Shown piece after piece: positions 37,389 to 47,139 of a stretch of 64,000 bases of DNA (position 1 is the first letter of the stretch; each line of letters starts with the position of its first letter). The notes beneath the pieces were generated by a model. The model was not told where the DNA came from and did not search any database. It saw only the letters and a list, made by a program, of their open reading frames with translations. The position numbers and the translations under genes were made by a program. Origin of the DNA: Candidatus Thorarchaeota archaeon (GTDB lineage: Archaea; Asgardarchaeota; Thorarchaeia; Thorarchaeales; Thorarchaeaceae); NCBI GenBank assembly GCA_048882045.1, contig JBHLRZ010000004.1, forward strand, positions 91,440 through 155,439, in the 5' to 3' direction.

Positions 37389-38882
37389 CTAATCCTTTCC
37401 AAGGCACTCTGCAAATCTAGATGATGCGAGTGAAAGAAACTCCTCAAGCTGTTCTTTTTGAATGAATGCTCCAGCAGCCATTGGATGTCCTCCAGCTTCC
37501 GCGATGAGTCTATCATATTGGCTGTTCAGCTGGTCTGCAACCTCCACAAAGACTTCTTTGAGGTTTACTCCTCTCTCTACAAGCGATTTGTGAGCCCTCC
37601 CTGACAATTTGACCAGGGGGCTGTCATCAGTTGTGTTTGTACTAATTCCAATTATCGGTCTGTCTATCGGTACTATCATCGATCCTTGAGCCATACCTAT
37701 GACGATACCGATGATTGTGTCTGGAGTTTCAGGGTCATTGACAATATACATCCCTTCTCTCTCCTCATAGTGATCAATTTCTAATCGTCTTAATGCCATC
37801 GCGAGATTGGTTCTATGTTGATTAAGTAGGTTTAATCCCTCCCTGAACGCATCCGGGTCATTCATGCATATTCTGACTCCTACCTCTGGACGTTTGTTTC
37901 GTCCACATGCATTCAATAGGGTTGAGAATTCCTTGGCACTGCGCATTTCTGTCTTAGGAGGTCTGTTTGGTAGTACAATTACATCTCCAATTATACCTTG
38001 AGCAATTCCTGGATCCGTATAGTTCTCTAGAACAATTTCGATGATTCCTTGGATGATTCTCTGTTTCTCCTCGGGTTCTAGATCTACCCAGGTTCTCCAT
38101 TCGTCATTGGACTTCAGTTCGATATTTCGTTCCTGTAGGAATGAGTAGCATGCATCCTCAGCTCCGGTTAATCCTGGGAGATACGGATCAGTTGCATATT
38201 GTAGTAGATATGGAAGTGGTCTCGTATGAATGCCAAAGAACGTAAGGTCTCGAACCACAGTTAGATATCCTGAGGCCTCACCAAGTTGAGCAATTTCTTT
38301 GTTGAGCCCCACGAAGCCCTTACCATAGTAATCTTGGAGGTCACCTGTCGCACCGACTATGGCTAGTTCAGACAAATCGATATTACGCTCTGAAATGAAA
38401 TAGGCAAGAAGGAATGCAGTACCTGAACCTGAAATGTCGTAACTCCCACTCAATCCATGCTGAGTTGGATTGATCTCCACAATCCCTTCGACTGGCGTAT
38501 AGCTGTGATTTGACTCCTCATCAGGAGGAAGATGATGGTCTAGAATGATTATTTCACAAAGACCTTCAATCCCCTTGATGTGACTCTTTACCAGTTCAAT
38601 CTGACCGGTTCCAAAGTCAGTGAAAATCACTAGGTCTGGTTTGTATTTCTGAATTTCCTCTTCAATCTGAATAATAGACTCTGAATTAATCTGATGGATA
38701 TTCTTCCACTCGAAATCCTTGCCCTCGCGTTCCAGTATCTGTACTATGATCGCTAGTGCTGATATACCATCAGCATCAATGTGTGAAAAGGCATAGACTC
38801 TTTCCGATTTCTTTATGATTCTTGATGCCTCACCAAGCAATTCTCCCATCTTTTCCGGAATTGACTCAAGTAGACTTTCCAT
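37389..38882 (-). CDS. DHH-family RecJ/Cdc45 (GAN)-like nuclease
   Basis: HIDADG, DFG, DHH, GATGD and GGH motifs are intact, with PYLPGLTG and EFSTLLNACGR typical of the archaeal GAN/Cdc45 group. Confidence 0.88.
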   Translation of the reverse strand: MESLLESIPEKMGELLGEASRIIKKSERVYAFSHIDADGISALAIIVQILEREGKDFEWKNIHQINSESIIQIEEEIQKYKPDLVIFTDFGTGQIELVKSHIKGIEGLCEIIILDHHLPPDEESNHSYTPVEGIVEINPTQHGLSGSYDISGSGTAFLLAYFISERNIDLSELAIVGATGDLQDYYGKGFVGLNKEIAQLGEASGYLTVVRDLTFFGIHTRPLPYLLQYATDPYLPGLTGAEDACYSFLQERNIELKSNDEWRTWVDLEPEEKQRIIQGIIEIVLENYTDPGIAQGIIGDVIVLPNRPPKTEMRSAKEFSTLLNACGRNKRPEVGVRICMNDPDAFREGLNLLNQHRTNLAMALRRLEIDHYEEREGMYIVNDPETPDTIIGIVIGMAQGSMIVPIDRPIIGISTNTTDDSPLVKLSGRAHKSLVERGVNLKEVFVEVADQLNSQYDRLIAEAGGHPMAAGAFIQKEQLEEFLSLASSRFAECLGKD

Positions 38883-38957
38883 TTTGCCCAATAGAATGTC
38901 CCGTTGGGCATAATATAAGTTGGCCTCTCTCTGACAGCGAGTGAGCTGTTGGTAGTT

Positions 38958-39299
38958 CTACTCGGTCACCCTCATCGCTCTGGATATTGCGAGAAAGATA
39001 ACAAGGAAAACGCTTGCTACAGCAGCAAGTACCCGAGCGACTTTTTGCCATCGTTTCAAGGGAATCTCAATCTCTCGGAGTTCGTTTGTAACCTTTTTGA
39101 GATACACACGCCTCTCGGTATAAAGTGCTTCTTGGTCGTCGATCTTGGAAGAATACTCACCCCAACTCTGATACAATGGCTCTTCTGGATTTGCTTCAAT
39201 CCATTCAATGTAAGTTTCTAGAATTTCTTCCTTGTGTGGCGATGGAAAACCCTCAATTACCTCTCGTACTCGGATTTCCCAATCGTTATCTTTTGTCAT
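38958..39299 (-). CDS. Tail-anchored hypothetical protein
   Basis: Soluble helical N-terminus with a single C-terminal TM. Confidence 0.75.
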   Translation of the reverse strand: MTKDNDWEIRVREVIEGFPSPHKEEILETYIEWIEANPEEPLYQSWGEYSSKIDDQEALYTERRVYLKKVTNELREIEIPLKRWQKVARVLAAVASVFLVIFLAISRAMRVTE

Positions 39300-39464
39300 T
39301 GTCCATTATGCACCTCATTTTCCCGGCTTTGAGGACTAATAGGAGTCAATATCTTTGATTATAAATGTTGACTGTTGGGCGCGAAACACTGTTCGCAATA
39401 TATCTTGCTCATTTTTTGCGTATAAGTCACACTGACCATGCAAGGATGAAGCGCCGAATGCGCA

Positions 39465-39986
39465 TTATCTCATCTTGGCGAGCTCTTTACTCCACTCTTT
39501 GATATCTCCACGGAGCTTTGAAAGGTCGCTTGGGCTGATAGTATCCACACGACCGTAAGTACGAAGTATTCTTGTCCATCGTTGCATTTTCACAATGAGG
39601 GAGCTGGCAACTCCCGCACCTTCAAGAATTCCTGCGGACTCACTAATCTTTTGCGCAAGATCACTTGCAATGACTCCTTCTCGAACTTGAGTTTCAAGAG
39701 TATCCAACACTGCTTGAAGAGATGACACTGCACCTCGGTCAGACAGACTGGCAGCTGGTGCGGCTGTGGCTGCTAATACCCCTCCCTTACTCTTGATAAT
39801 TTCCATCATCTCATCAAGACGTTCCGTGTTGGCATTTACAGCAATAGTCAGCTCTGAAGTATTCTCTTGGACATCAGTGATTGCGGAGATGACTTCAATC
39901 ATTCTATTAAGCATCTGTGTGAGTCTCTCAATAGCTCCATTGATCTCAGTGAGTTTGGCCCGGACATAGGTGTCTTCTTCGCTCAT
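39465..39986 (-). CDS. Coiled-coil protein with Vps28-CTD-like C-terminal helical domain (tentative)
   Basis: Heptad N-terminus, Ala-rich linker, and C-terminal KMQRW..IL......DTIS......L..DI pattern. Confidence 0.55.
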   Translation of the reverse strand: MSEEDTYVRAKLTEINGAIERLTQMLNRMIEVISAITDVQENTSELTIAVNANTERLDEMMEIIKSKGGVLAATAAPAASLSDRGAVSSLQAVLDTLETQVREGVIASDLAQKISESAGILEGAGVASSLIVKMQRWTRILRTYGRVDTISPSDLSKLRGDIKEWSKELAKMR

Positions 39987-40157
39987 TGTATAGCCTCTCC
40001 ATAAAGAGGGCGCCCATCAGGCACGTAATAGCTGTTCATCAAAGGAACCAAAGATTAAGCTTTCTGTGTTGTTTGGTTTGTCCTTAACAATGTGCATAAC
40101 CTAATACTAATATTCTACGGAGAGAGGAATCTGCCCAGCTTTCGAGGTTTGAGTACA

Positions 40158-40508
40158 ATGTATGCAATTAACTACAAGGAACGAAAGGAAGAACCAGTAG
40201 AATTTGCTGGGAGTAAGAAGACATTCGTACGCTGGCTCATAGGTAGAAACACAGGCGCAAAGACATATGCCATGCGACATTTTGACATCAAACCCGGTGG
40301 TATCATTCCTCTACACAAACACGAGGAGGAACATGAGATTTTTGTTCTTGAGGGTGAAGCAAAGGTTATTGGTGGGGAAGAGGGAGCAATAGCTAAGAAG
40401 GATGATGTTGTGTTTGTACCATCCAATCTCCCTCACGGTTATGATAATACAGAGGGTAAGATATCATTCCGATTCATCTGTGTCATTCCCTTACTCAAGA
40501 AGGAGTAG
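40158..40508 (+). CDS. Cupin-domain protein
   Basis: PGG.IPLHKH..EHEIFVLEG and VPSNLPH. Confidence 0.92.
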   Translation: MYAINYKERKEEPVEFAGSKKTFVRWLIGRNTGAKTYAMRHFDIKPGGIIPLHKHEEEHEIFVLEGEAKVIGGEEGAIAKKDDVVFVPSNLPHGYDNTEGKISFRFICVIPLLKKE

Positions 40509-40557
40509 GTAGTTTTTTCTTACTGTAGTACAGCCTCGAACACGGAAGCTGTTACTA

Positions 40558-41367
40558 ATGAATTTAGGAGAGAAGAAGCTCTGGATCTTCGATGTAGACA
40601 ATACACTGATTCATGATGTCGAACATCCCACGCCATTTGATGACGCAGTCTCTCTGTGGAATGCATTGGAAAAGAAAGGTGTAGAAATAGCAATCCTAAC
40701 AAACGTTGGTCGTCTCTCTGCTCGTCAGGTCAACCAATCTCTTGAGACAGCAGGATTCAATGTCCCAACTGAGAAGGTATTCACTGCAGGTGCTGCTACG
40801 GCTGCGTATATCCATAACAGAAAACCAGGTGCCCGTTGCTTTGTGATTGGAGAAGGAGGAGCACAGGAGGACTTTGTTGCGCGTGGATTAGATGTTTCAA
40901 ACAATCCCCCAATTGAATATGTTGCTGTTGGCGCAGATCGTGGAATGACATTCAAAGAACTGAACTTCGCTACAAAGATGGTCAAAGAAGGAGCAACCCT
41001 CCTCTGTATCAGTGGAAGTCGAGATTATCCTGGAGTCTACCTAGGAGATGAGGACACCTACATTGGTGAACGTTCCATTGTCGCAGCCATAGAACATGCA
41101 ACGGGGGTCCAATCTGTTGTAGTTGGCAAACCACTCCCAGAGATAGTTGTGGAAACAGTCAAAGCATTAGGGTTTGAAGTTGAGGATGCAGTCCTTGTTG
41201 GCGACAATCCAGCATCTGATATAGCAGGAGGTAATGCCGCTAGACTGACAACGATACTAATACACCGTGACCCTGACAACATCGTTTCCTTCGATTCTGG
41301 AGATCTCGACACCAAACCTGACATTACAGTGCAATCCCTTGAAGATGTCATTGAGATGTTGCAATGA
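40558..41367 (+). CDS. HAD-IIA (NagD-like) hydrolase
   Basis: FDVDNTL, LTN, GKP and VGDNPASDIAGG. Confidence 0.92.
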   Translation: MNLGEKKLWIFDVDNTLIHDVEHPTPFDDAVSLWNALEKKGVEIAILTNVGRLSARQVNQSLETAGFNVPTEKVFTAGAATAAYIHNRKPGARCFVIGEGGAQEDFVARGLDVSNNPPIEYVAVGADRGMTFKELNFATKMVKEGATLLCISGSRDYPGVYLGDEDTYIGERSIVAAIEHATGVQSVVVGKPLPEIVVETVKALGFEVEDAVLVGDNPASDIAGGNAARLTTILIHRDPDNIVSFDSGDLDTKPDITVQSLEDVIEMLQ

Positions 41368-41377
41368 GGAATCTCGT

Positions 41378-42067
41378 ATGTTTCTGGATACTCCAAATCT
41401 ACGCATTACGGTTGACAGACCTGGTCTGAGTATAGGAATGGTTGTCTTAGAGGATCTCAAGGTGGGTAGTTCAAGTTCATCTTTCGAGTTATACGAGCAG
41501 GAAACCTTCGAAGAACTACGTTCGATGATGACACTTGATGAAGTAAAGGACGACCCAATCTTTAGGTCGTATAGAGACCTCTATTGGACATTAGGAATGG
41601 ACCCCACAAAATTAAGAGTTTCAAGCGAAGCTGTTCTTCGTCGAATATTGAAAGGGCAGAATCTCTGGAGGATTTCTGATGTTGTAGATATCATTAACCT
41701 CGCATCTGCGTATCACAAGATACCTATCAGCCTTATTGACATCTCCAAACTGAAAGGCAATTTGGTCGTTCGAACAGCGGAAAATGGCGAAGTTTTCCAG
41801 AGGATTGGTGGAAATAAAATCATATGCAGAGGTCGTGAAATCGTTATCGCAGATGATGAGAAGATTGTCTGCTTTGGATATGCAACTCATGATTCTGAAC
41901 GTACAATGATCACTATGGACAGCAAGCGCGTTCTCATGCTTCTTCTTGGTTCACAGGCTGTAACTAGTCAAGTGATGGATAGCGCATTGCGAACTACCTT
42001 AGATATGATAGATGAATGGCTCGACTGCAAGGTGTCAGAACCAGTGACATTCCGATCAAAGGACTAG
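41378..42067 (+). CDS. Stand-alone B3/B4-domain (PheRS beta-like, tRNA-editing) protein
   Basis: YRDLYW..GMDPTKLRVSSEAVLRR and I..VVDIINLAS. Confidence 0.88.
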   Translation: MFLDTPNLRITVDRPGLSIGMVVLEDLKVGSSSSSFELYEQETFEELRSMMTLDEVKDDPIFRSYRDLYWTLGMDPTKLRVSSEAVLRRILKGQNLWRISDVVDIINLASAYHKIPISLIDISKLKGNLVVRTAENGEVFQRIGGNKIICRGREIVIADDEKIVCFGYATHDSERTMITMDSKRVLMLLLGSQAVTSQVMDSALRTTLDMIDEWLDCKVSEPVTFRSKD

Positions 42068-44034
42068 AACTCTAGGAATGGCTGACCGAGGACTATCCTC
42101 TCAAGGATACTATTCTTGCTAGCGTTCTTGACCATTTGCTCGAACTGATTCTTCAAGCGCTTCTCATCCACATAGTCCGGTTCCTTGACTCCCATGCTTT
42201 CTATCACTAATCCAAGCATGTACTCGAACTCATAGACGAGGTACAAATCCTTCTTTCCTTTCTTCTCTAATTTGACCTTTTTAGCCAGTCCCTGTTTCAG
42301 AGCTTCACGAGTTTCGGTCAGGTAAGTGTACATCGCCTTCTCGTAGTGGAGATCTCCTCTCTTCACCAGCTCTTGGAGGAAAGGAAGTCCGAAAGTCCTC
42401 CGGGCAATTGCTTCTATTCTAGCTACAAATCCATTGATGATATCTTCGTACGACACCATTCCGGCCTGCCCACGGGTCGAAAACACCTTTTCATCATCTG
42501 CCGCACTCTTGAATTTCGCTTTCTTCGCTGCTAATAATTTCTCACGTTCAAGACGAGCGGCTTCATCGGCTTTCTTCTTCTCCTCTTCCAGACGCTTTCG
42601 TTCAGCTTCAGTTTTTGCAGCCTCAAGCTTCTTCTGCCTCTCCAGTCTGGCTTTTTCTCGCTTCTCCTCTTCCTCTTTCTCCTTTGCGAGTCTTTGTGCT
42701 TCAAGTTCTTTCAGTATCTTCTCCTGCTCTACGCGTAGCTTCTGCATGTATTTCTGAACATCTCGTTCAGTGAGCGTGATATGCTGTGTCAGGAGCCATC
42801 TGACTCCAATATTGTTGACCTTTGGTTTCATGTCTGCTGATGAGAAGATGAAATTGGCTGTCTGCTGGCCTGGAAGTCGTGTGATTATTTCCTCGGATTC
42901 TTTCTCTCCTGCGATGGGTTCCAGTATTCGCTCCAGCACCTTGAGAGATTGTTCACTACTTATTCGCCCAGCTGATATTGTGTTGAATTGCTCAAAGGCC
43001 TTGTAGTCAATGTCCTTTGGACTCTGGGTAGCTATAAGGCACTCGATTCCATACTTTCTTGCTTGCCTGAAGAGGAGTAGGAAGGTTTCCTTTGGACCAG
43101 GTGCTCTCATCCCTGCAGGTATGAAAGGCGCTGCCTCATCTTGGAATATCATCATTCGTGGTTTTTCAGTAAAGCCCTGTCTGAGCATCCATGAATAGAG
43201 CTGGTTCAAGACAATAGCTATGAAGAAGTGTTTCTCTTCTTCGCTCCTCAGAGTCTTGAGGAAGATCACATTGATTGGTGTCTTTCCATTGACCTTCTTT
43301 GTCAGATGATCAAAGTCGATGTTGCCTTCTTCTTTGAAGAGGAGTTGGGATGATCCGACTGTCAGACTCCTGATTCTAGTAGCCAATGTTTGCCTTTCGG
43401 AGAACTTCATGAAAGGCTCGAGGTCTACACCTACCGTTTCTGGGTCAGCCACAAGCATGTCCGCTAATTCCGAGAGCTCATCAATCTCAGTCTTCTGAGC
43501 TTCCCAGATGGTCCTAAGCAGTTCGTAGACTGCAGCGAAGGCTTTACCTTCCCATGACCTAGATAATCCTGCTACTTTCATGAGAACCTTAACTAAGGTT
43601 CTCGCTGAATTATCTAAAAGACGAATGATGTCATCCTGATCTGCATCTCTATCAGGTAGTTTCAATGGATTGATTGAAATCGCAAGACCCTTGCTGCTAG
43701 CCGGAGTGTAAACTCGGACAATGACATTATCCATGTACTCCTTTAATCTCTCTGGAGGTACTCCTTTTGATGCAAGTTCTTTTGGATCTCCTGGGAGCAT
43801 CAATGAAGCGATATCTCCTTGAGGATCGAAAGCTAGAACTGGAATCCCTTCCATAGCTGCCTCTTCCAAGATGCATTTCGATAAGACTGTCTTTCCAGAT
43901 CCAGTTGAACCGAAGACTCCTCCATGTCGTCGGAGGAGGTCCACACTTATCTCGAACTTCTCTTCAGTCCTCTTCCCTTCTTCATCAAGCTTGAATCCAA
44001 GCCATAGCTTGTTATCTGCCATGTCGAACACCAA
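42064..44034 (-). CDS. HerA/FtsK-superfamily (DUF87/DUF853-like) ATPase with long charged coiled coil
   Basis: RHGGVFGSTGSGKT, DPQGD, IFQDEA and RQARKYG...ATQSP, followed by an E/K/R/A-rich helix. Alternative start ATG 44022. Confidence 0.88.
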   Translation of the reverse strand: MVFDMADNKLWLGFKLDEEGKRTEEKFEISVDLLRRHGGVFGSTGSGKTVLSKCILEEAAMEGIPVLAFDPQGDIASLMLPGDPKELASKGVPPERLKEYMDNVIVRVYTPASSKGLAISINPLKLPDRDADQDDIIRLLDNSARTLVKVLMKVAGLSRSWEGKAFAAVYELLRTIWEAQKTEIDELSELADMLVADPETVGVDLEPFMKFSERQTLATRIRSLTVGSSQLLFKEEGNIDFDHLTKKVNGKTPINVIFLKTLRSEEEKHFFIAIVLNQLYSWMLRQGFTEKPRMMIFQDEAAPFIPAGMRAPGPKETFLLLFRQARKYGIECLIATQSPKDIDYKAFEQFNTISAGRISSEQSLKVLERILEPIAGEKESEEIITRLPGQQTANFIFSSADMKPKVNNIGVRWLLTQHITLTERDVQKYMQKLRVEQEKILKELEAQRLAKEKEEEEKREKARLERQKKLEAAKTEAERKRLEEEKKKADEAARLEREKLLAAKKAKFKSAADDEKVFSTRGQAGMVSYEDIINGFVARIEAIARRTFGLPFLQELVKRGDLHYEKAMYTYLTETREALKQGLAKKVKLEKKGKKDLYLVYEFEYMLGLVIESMGVKEPDYVDEKRLKNQFEQMVKNASKNSILERIVLGQPFLEF

Positions 44035-44090
44035 TCACGATGGTATCTTCACTGAGGTTTTAAGAGCCTTTCCAGTATCACTCAAAATTT

Positions 44091-44127
44091 GAAAAAAGAG
44101 AAAGAATGGATGGAGATGTCTCCATCC
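44091..44127 (-). terminator. Hairpin plus pyrimidine tract after the 6-TM gene
   Basis: GGATGGAG-ACAT-CTCCATCC followed by ATTCTTTCTCTTTTTTC on the minus strand. Confidence 0.65.
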
Positions 44128-44135
44128 TCATCTAA

Positions 44136-44759
44136 TTACTCGCCTACAGGTTCGTAGCGTCTTCCAAGAAAGATCACTATGCAGACTACGAGAAGAACAG
44201 CCATACCAAAGAGAACACCGGATGCCCATCCATAAGTGAGTGTGTCTTTGACGACGCTTGCTAGCAAGTAGACTCCAGCCATTATCACACCCAGGATGAG
44301 TGAAACAATCATGAACCTGGAAGTCATTTCCTTGATCTGTCCTGTTTCTGCTCCTTCGGAGATTCTCCTTCCGAAGAAAACAAAGACAAAGAGGAACACG
44401 TACGCAATGACAATCATCGTTCCCATGTCAAATAGATATCCTTGAATTATGGGATCAATACCTTCAAGGAGACCGTACGTAAGTAGGGTCCCAATTGACA
44501 TCATGTATACTAGCATGTTGGACATCATCTTGTCGTCTGGATGTACGTAACCAGTCATCTCTGTGAACGTGTTAATTATAGCAATTAACAGCACCACTGC
44601 AAGAACACCAAGAGATACCAACCAGATGTAGAATGGGATAAGCAACAGGTCTCCAGTTGCTGAAACTGCATCAAGCAACCACTTGGCTCCTATTGTTCCT
44701 GCGAGAAGTGTCAGTCCTATTCCTGAAAGAAAGTTTCCAATAGTAGTTAGCCTAACCAT
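44136..44759 (-). CDS. 6-TM membrane protein of unknown function
   Basis: Six hydrophobic helices; GGAGGAG SD upstream. Confidence 0.8.
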   Translation of the reverse strand: MVRLTTIGNFLSGIGLTLLAGTIGAKWLLDAVSATGDLLLIPFYIWLVSLGVLAVVLLIAIINTFTEMTGYVHPDDKMMSNMLVYMMSIGTLLTYGLLEGIDPIIQGYLFDMGTMIVIAYVFLFVFVFFGRRISEGAETGQIKEMTSRFMIVSLILGVIMAGVYLLASVVKDTLTYGWASGVLFGMAVLLVVCIVIFLGRRYEPVGE

Positions 44760-44888
44760 TTCTCTCTCCTCCTAGAGGTGGAGTAACTGAAAGCCTCTTC
44801 TGCTTGATTTCATTTAATTCTTTGCTACGCATCCATTATTTATTGAAAAACGAGAAACTCTTTATTTCTCTGGGATAATCCATTTGCA

Positions 44889-45530
44889 GTGGAATCTGTG
44901 TCAGAGCATAATTCTGATAGAATAATTGTAGCGAAAGATAACCTGGCCCGATGTCAATGGTGTGGAACGCCAGAGAGTCCATATTGGACAATATCTCGGG
45001 ATGAGCAGCTCTTCTGTTCTCGGGAGTGTGAACTCGCTGCTTCAGCAACAACTAAGCGAATAGGTGGTTGCGTATCCACTTTCTGTGGATCATTATTCCT
45101 CATTCCTCTACTTTACTTCATGTTTGTTTTTCCATCAAACTTCCTCGGTGCAACGATGGTCTTCCTACTCTTGGGTGTCCCCTTTCTTGCTATCGGAATA
45201 TATGAGTATACAGAAGGCACAGAAGGTCTGAAGTACAAGGATCGAGAGGACAGGTATCGCGGAGTTTCACCCATCGTTTGTACATATTGTTCGCACCAGA
45301 ACCCGCCCAATGTTATGGCGTGTCAAAACTGTGGTTCAACTCTTGCTGAAGCTCCCTTCGTGAAAGACTCGACTCCCCCATGGTTTATACAAGGAAAATC
45401 CAGAGGTGTCTACAGGTGTCCACACTGCAAGGCCGTCTACTCGTATCGTCAAGCACCAATCTCAAAGGATGGTGAGGTCACTTGTCAGAACTGCTTGAAA
45501 CCTTTCTTCAGACCAAGAGATGATCAGTAA
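44889..45530 (+). CDS. Membrane protein with multiple zinc ribbons
   Basis: CQWC..FCSREC, 2 TM, CTYC/CQNC and CPHC/CQNC. Confidence 0.78.
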   Translation: MESVSEHNSDRIIVAKDNLARCQWCGTPESPYWTISRDEQLFCSRECELAASATTKRIGGCVSTFCGSLFLIPLLYFMFVFPSNFLGATMVFLLLGVPFLAIGIYEYTEGTEGLKYKDREDRYRGVSPIVCTYCSHQNPPNVMACQNCGSTLAEAPFVKDSTPPWFIQGKSRGVYRCPHCKAVYSYRQAPISKDGEVTCQNCLKPFFRPRDDQ

Positions 45531-45535
45531 TCCAA

Positions 45536-46762
45536 CTATTGCAATACCTCTTCTACCTTCACTGGAGCCGCCTCAGGGAGGAAATATGTTCCAATACATG
45601 CGATTGCAATGATGAGCGCAACAAGACCTCCAAGTCCTGGGAGAAGACCCCAATTTGTGTAAGCAAATGTCCCAGCCCAAGGACCGATTATCATTCCCGA
45701 ACCAAAGAAGATGCTATAGACACCCATAGTGCTACCGCGTGCCTCTTCACTGGAAACATCTGTCAAATAAGCCATTGCGGCTGGTGGGAACGATCCAGCA
45801 ATGAATCCGAGTGCTGGCAAAACCGGCCAATAAGCCCAAATGGCTCCGAAACTATCTGCATTTGCAACTAAAAGATATGAAAGAAGTCCGAATCCAATCA
45901 AACCAGTAACAATGAAGGGACGCCTTTTCATCAAATAATCTGATAGATGTCCCATTACTATGATTCCCAACACAAGAGATACACCGAGAATAGCAAAGAG
46001 GATTAACAAATCCGTGGCTGTAAGTGAGAAGTGTACCTCTATTATGTGCTTCACCTGTGATATCATGAGACCATAGAGTGAGATGATAGGTACGTATACG
46101 GGAAGCATCATCTGTATTCGCTTGTCACTTGCTACTTCTTTCAGGAGCGCGGTCATCCTGAGTTCTTCCGTTTTTGAAACGACTCTTGTTTCCTTTATCA
46201 GAAAAATCGCGAGAATTCCGCTGATGCTACATGCAGCAGCTGCAGCGAACAAAAGCAATTCAGCCGCCAAGCCGAACTCCAATAGGATGATACCAAGTCC
46301 GAATCCTCCAGCAAGTCCCATCAAAGTGGAAAGGTCATAGTATCCCATTAACCTTGCTCTATTGAATTCTGAAGAAGCATCCGCAATCATGGATAATGTG
46401 GTGGTAACCTTTGAAGCTGCACCAATACCAAAGAGGACTGCGAGGATATATGCAAGAAACTCGAAAGTTGCAACTCCGAAAAGGAATGCTGCTATACCAG
46501 TCATGAACAAACTTGCGACGAAAATTGGTTTTCTTCCTATCTTATCACTGTATGAGCCAAAGAATGAAACAGTACTCAACTCTGCAATTGGATAAATTGA
46601 GAGTACAATCGCTACACCCAAGTTAGGGGGTGCGAGAGCGCCACCCATGTAGGCATTACTTGAGATTACAGCAATGGTTACATAGAACGAAGCTCGCATT
46701 ATCAGAGTTACAAGGTACAGCATCATGAGGGTCAGGAAATGACCCGATTTTCTAAGACCCAT
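45536..46762 (-). CDS. MFS transporter (true start ATG 46762)
   Basis: GSYSDKIGRK and GHLSDYLMKRR motif A copies, RGSTMG and about 12 TM segments. Confidence 0.92.
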   Translation of the reverse strand: MGLRKSGHFLTLMMLYLVTLIMRASFYVTIAVISSNAYMGGALAPPNLGVAIVLSIYPIAELSTVSFFGSYSDKIGRKPIFVASLFMTGIAAFLFGVATFEFLAYILAVLFGIGAASKVTTTLSMIADASSEFNRARLMGYYDLSTLMGLAGGFGLGIILLEFGLAAELLLFAAAAACSISGILAIFLIKETRVVSKTEELRMTALLKEVASDKRIQMMLPVYVPIISLYGLMISQVKHIIEVHFSLTATDLLILFAILGVSLVLGIIVMGHLSDYLMKRRPFIVTGLIGFGLLSYLLVANADSFGAIWAYWPVLPALGFIAGSFPPAAMAYLTDVSSEEARGSTMGVYSIFFGSGMIIGPWAGTFAYTNWGLLPGLGGLVALIIAIACIGTYFLPEAAPVKVEEVLQ

Positions 46763-46912
46763 TCTAAATTCTCCAAGTGATGTGGGTCTTGGCCACGCGT
46801 TAGCGTTTATAAGCTTGGTAGGTCTCATCGTTGTACTATGGCAAGTAGTAGGATTCCCGGGGATATCAGCACAACAGACCTTGTTTCTCTCATACTGTAT
46901 TGATTGAGAACA

Positions 46913-47083
46913 ATGAGTGATGAGGATAAGAAAGAGTGGTTCAAAGCTTGGAATGAGATTAAGGCATATATCCCTCAAGGAATGAGAATGATAACGGAAC
47001 CAACAAGTGCCTTTGGTACTATTATCATAGTAACAGTTGTCGTGGTCTGGTTATGGGGACTATTCGGACTTGTAATCCTGTAG
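46913..47083 (+). CDS. 56-aa tail-anchored protein resembling SecE/Sec61-gamma, below the ORF-track cutoff
   Basis: MSDEDKKEWFKAWNEIKAYIPQGMRMITEPTSAFGTIIIVTVVVVWLWGLFGLVIL*: amphipathic helix, EP hinge, and TM with F-x6-T-x7-G-x2-G spacing. Confidence 0.6.
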   Translation: MSDEDKKEWFKAWNEIKAYIPQGMRMITEPTSAFGTIIIVTVVVVWLWGLFGLVIL

Positions 47084-47139
47084 TGCATCTCTGCGTATCA
47101 CGAAGGGTTTAAATCGCTCCTAACAGCGAGACTCACAAG

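Noticed and set aside
46763-46978. 72-aa N-terminal extension of the MFS ORF
   Set aside because: Not MFS-like, overlaps a better plus-strand small ORF, and a TATA-like box lies upstream of ATG 46762.
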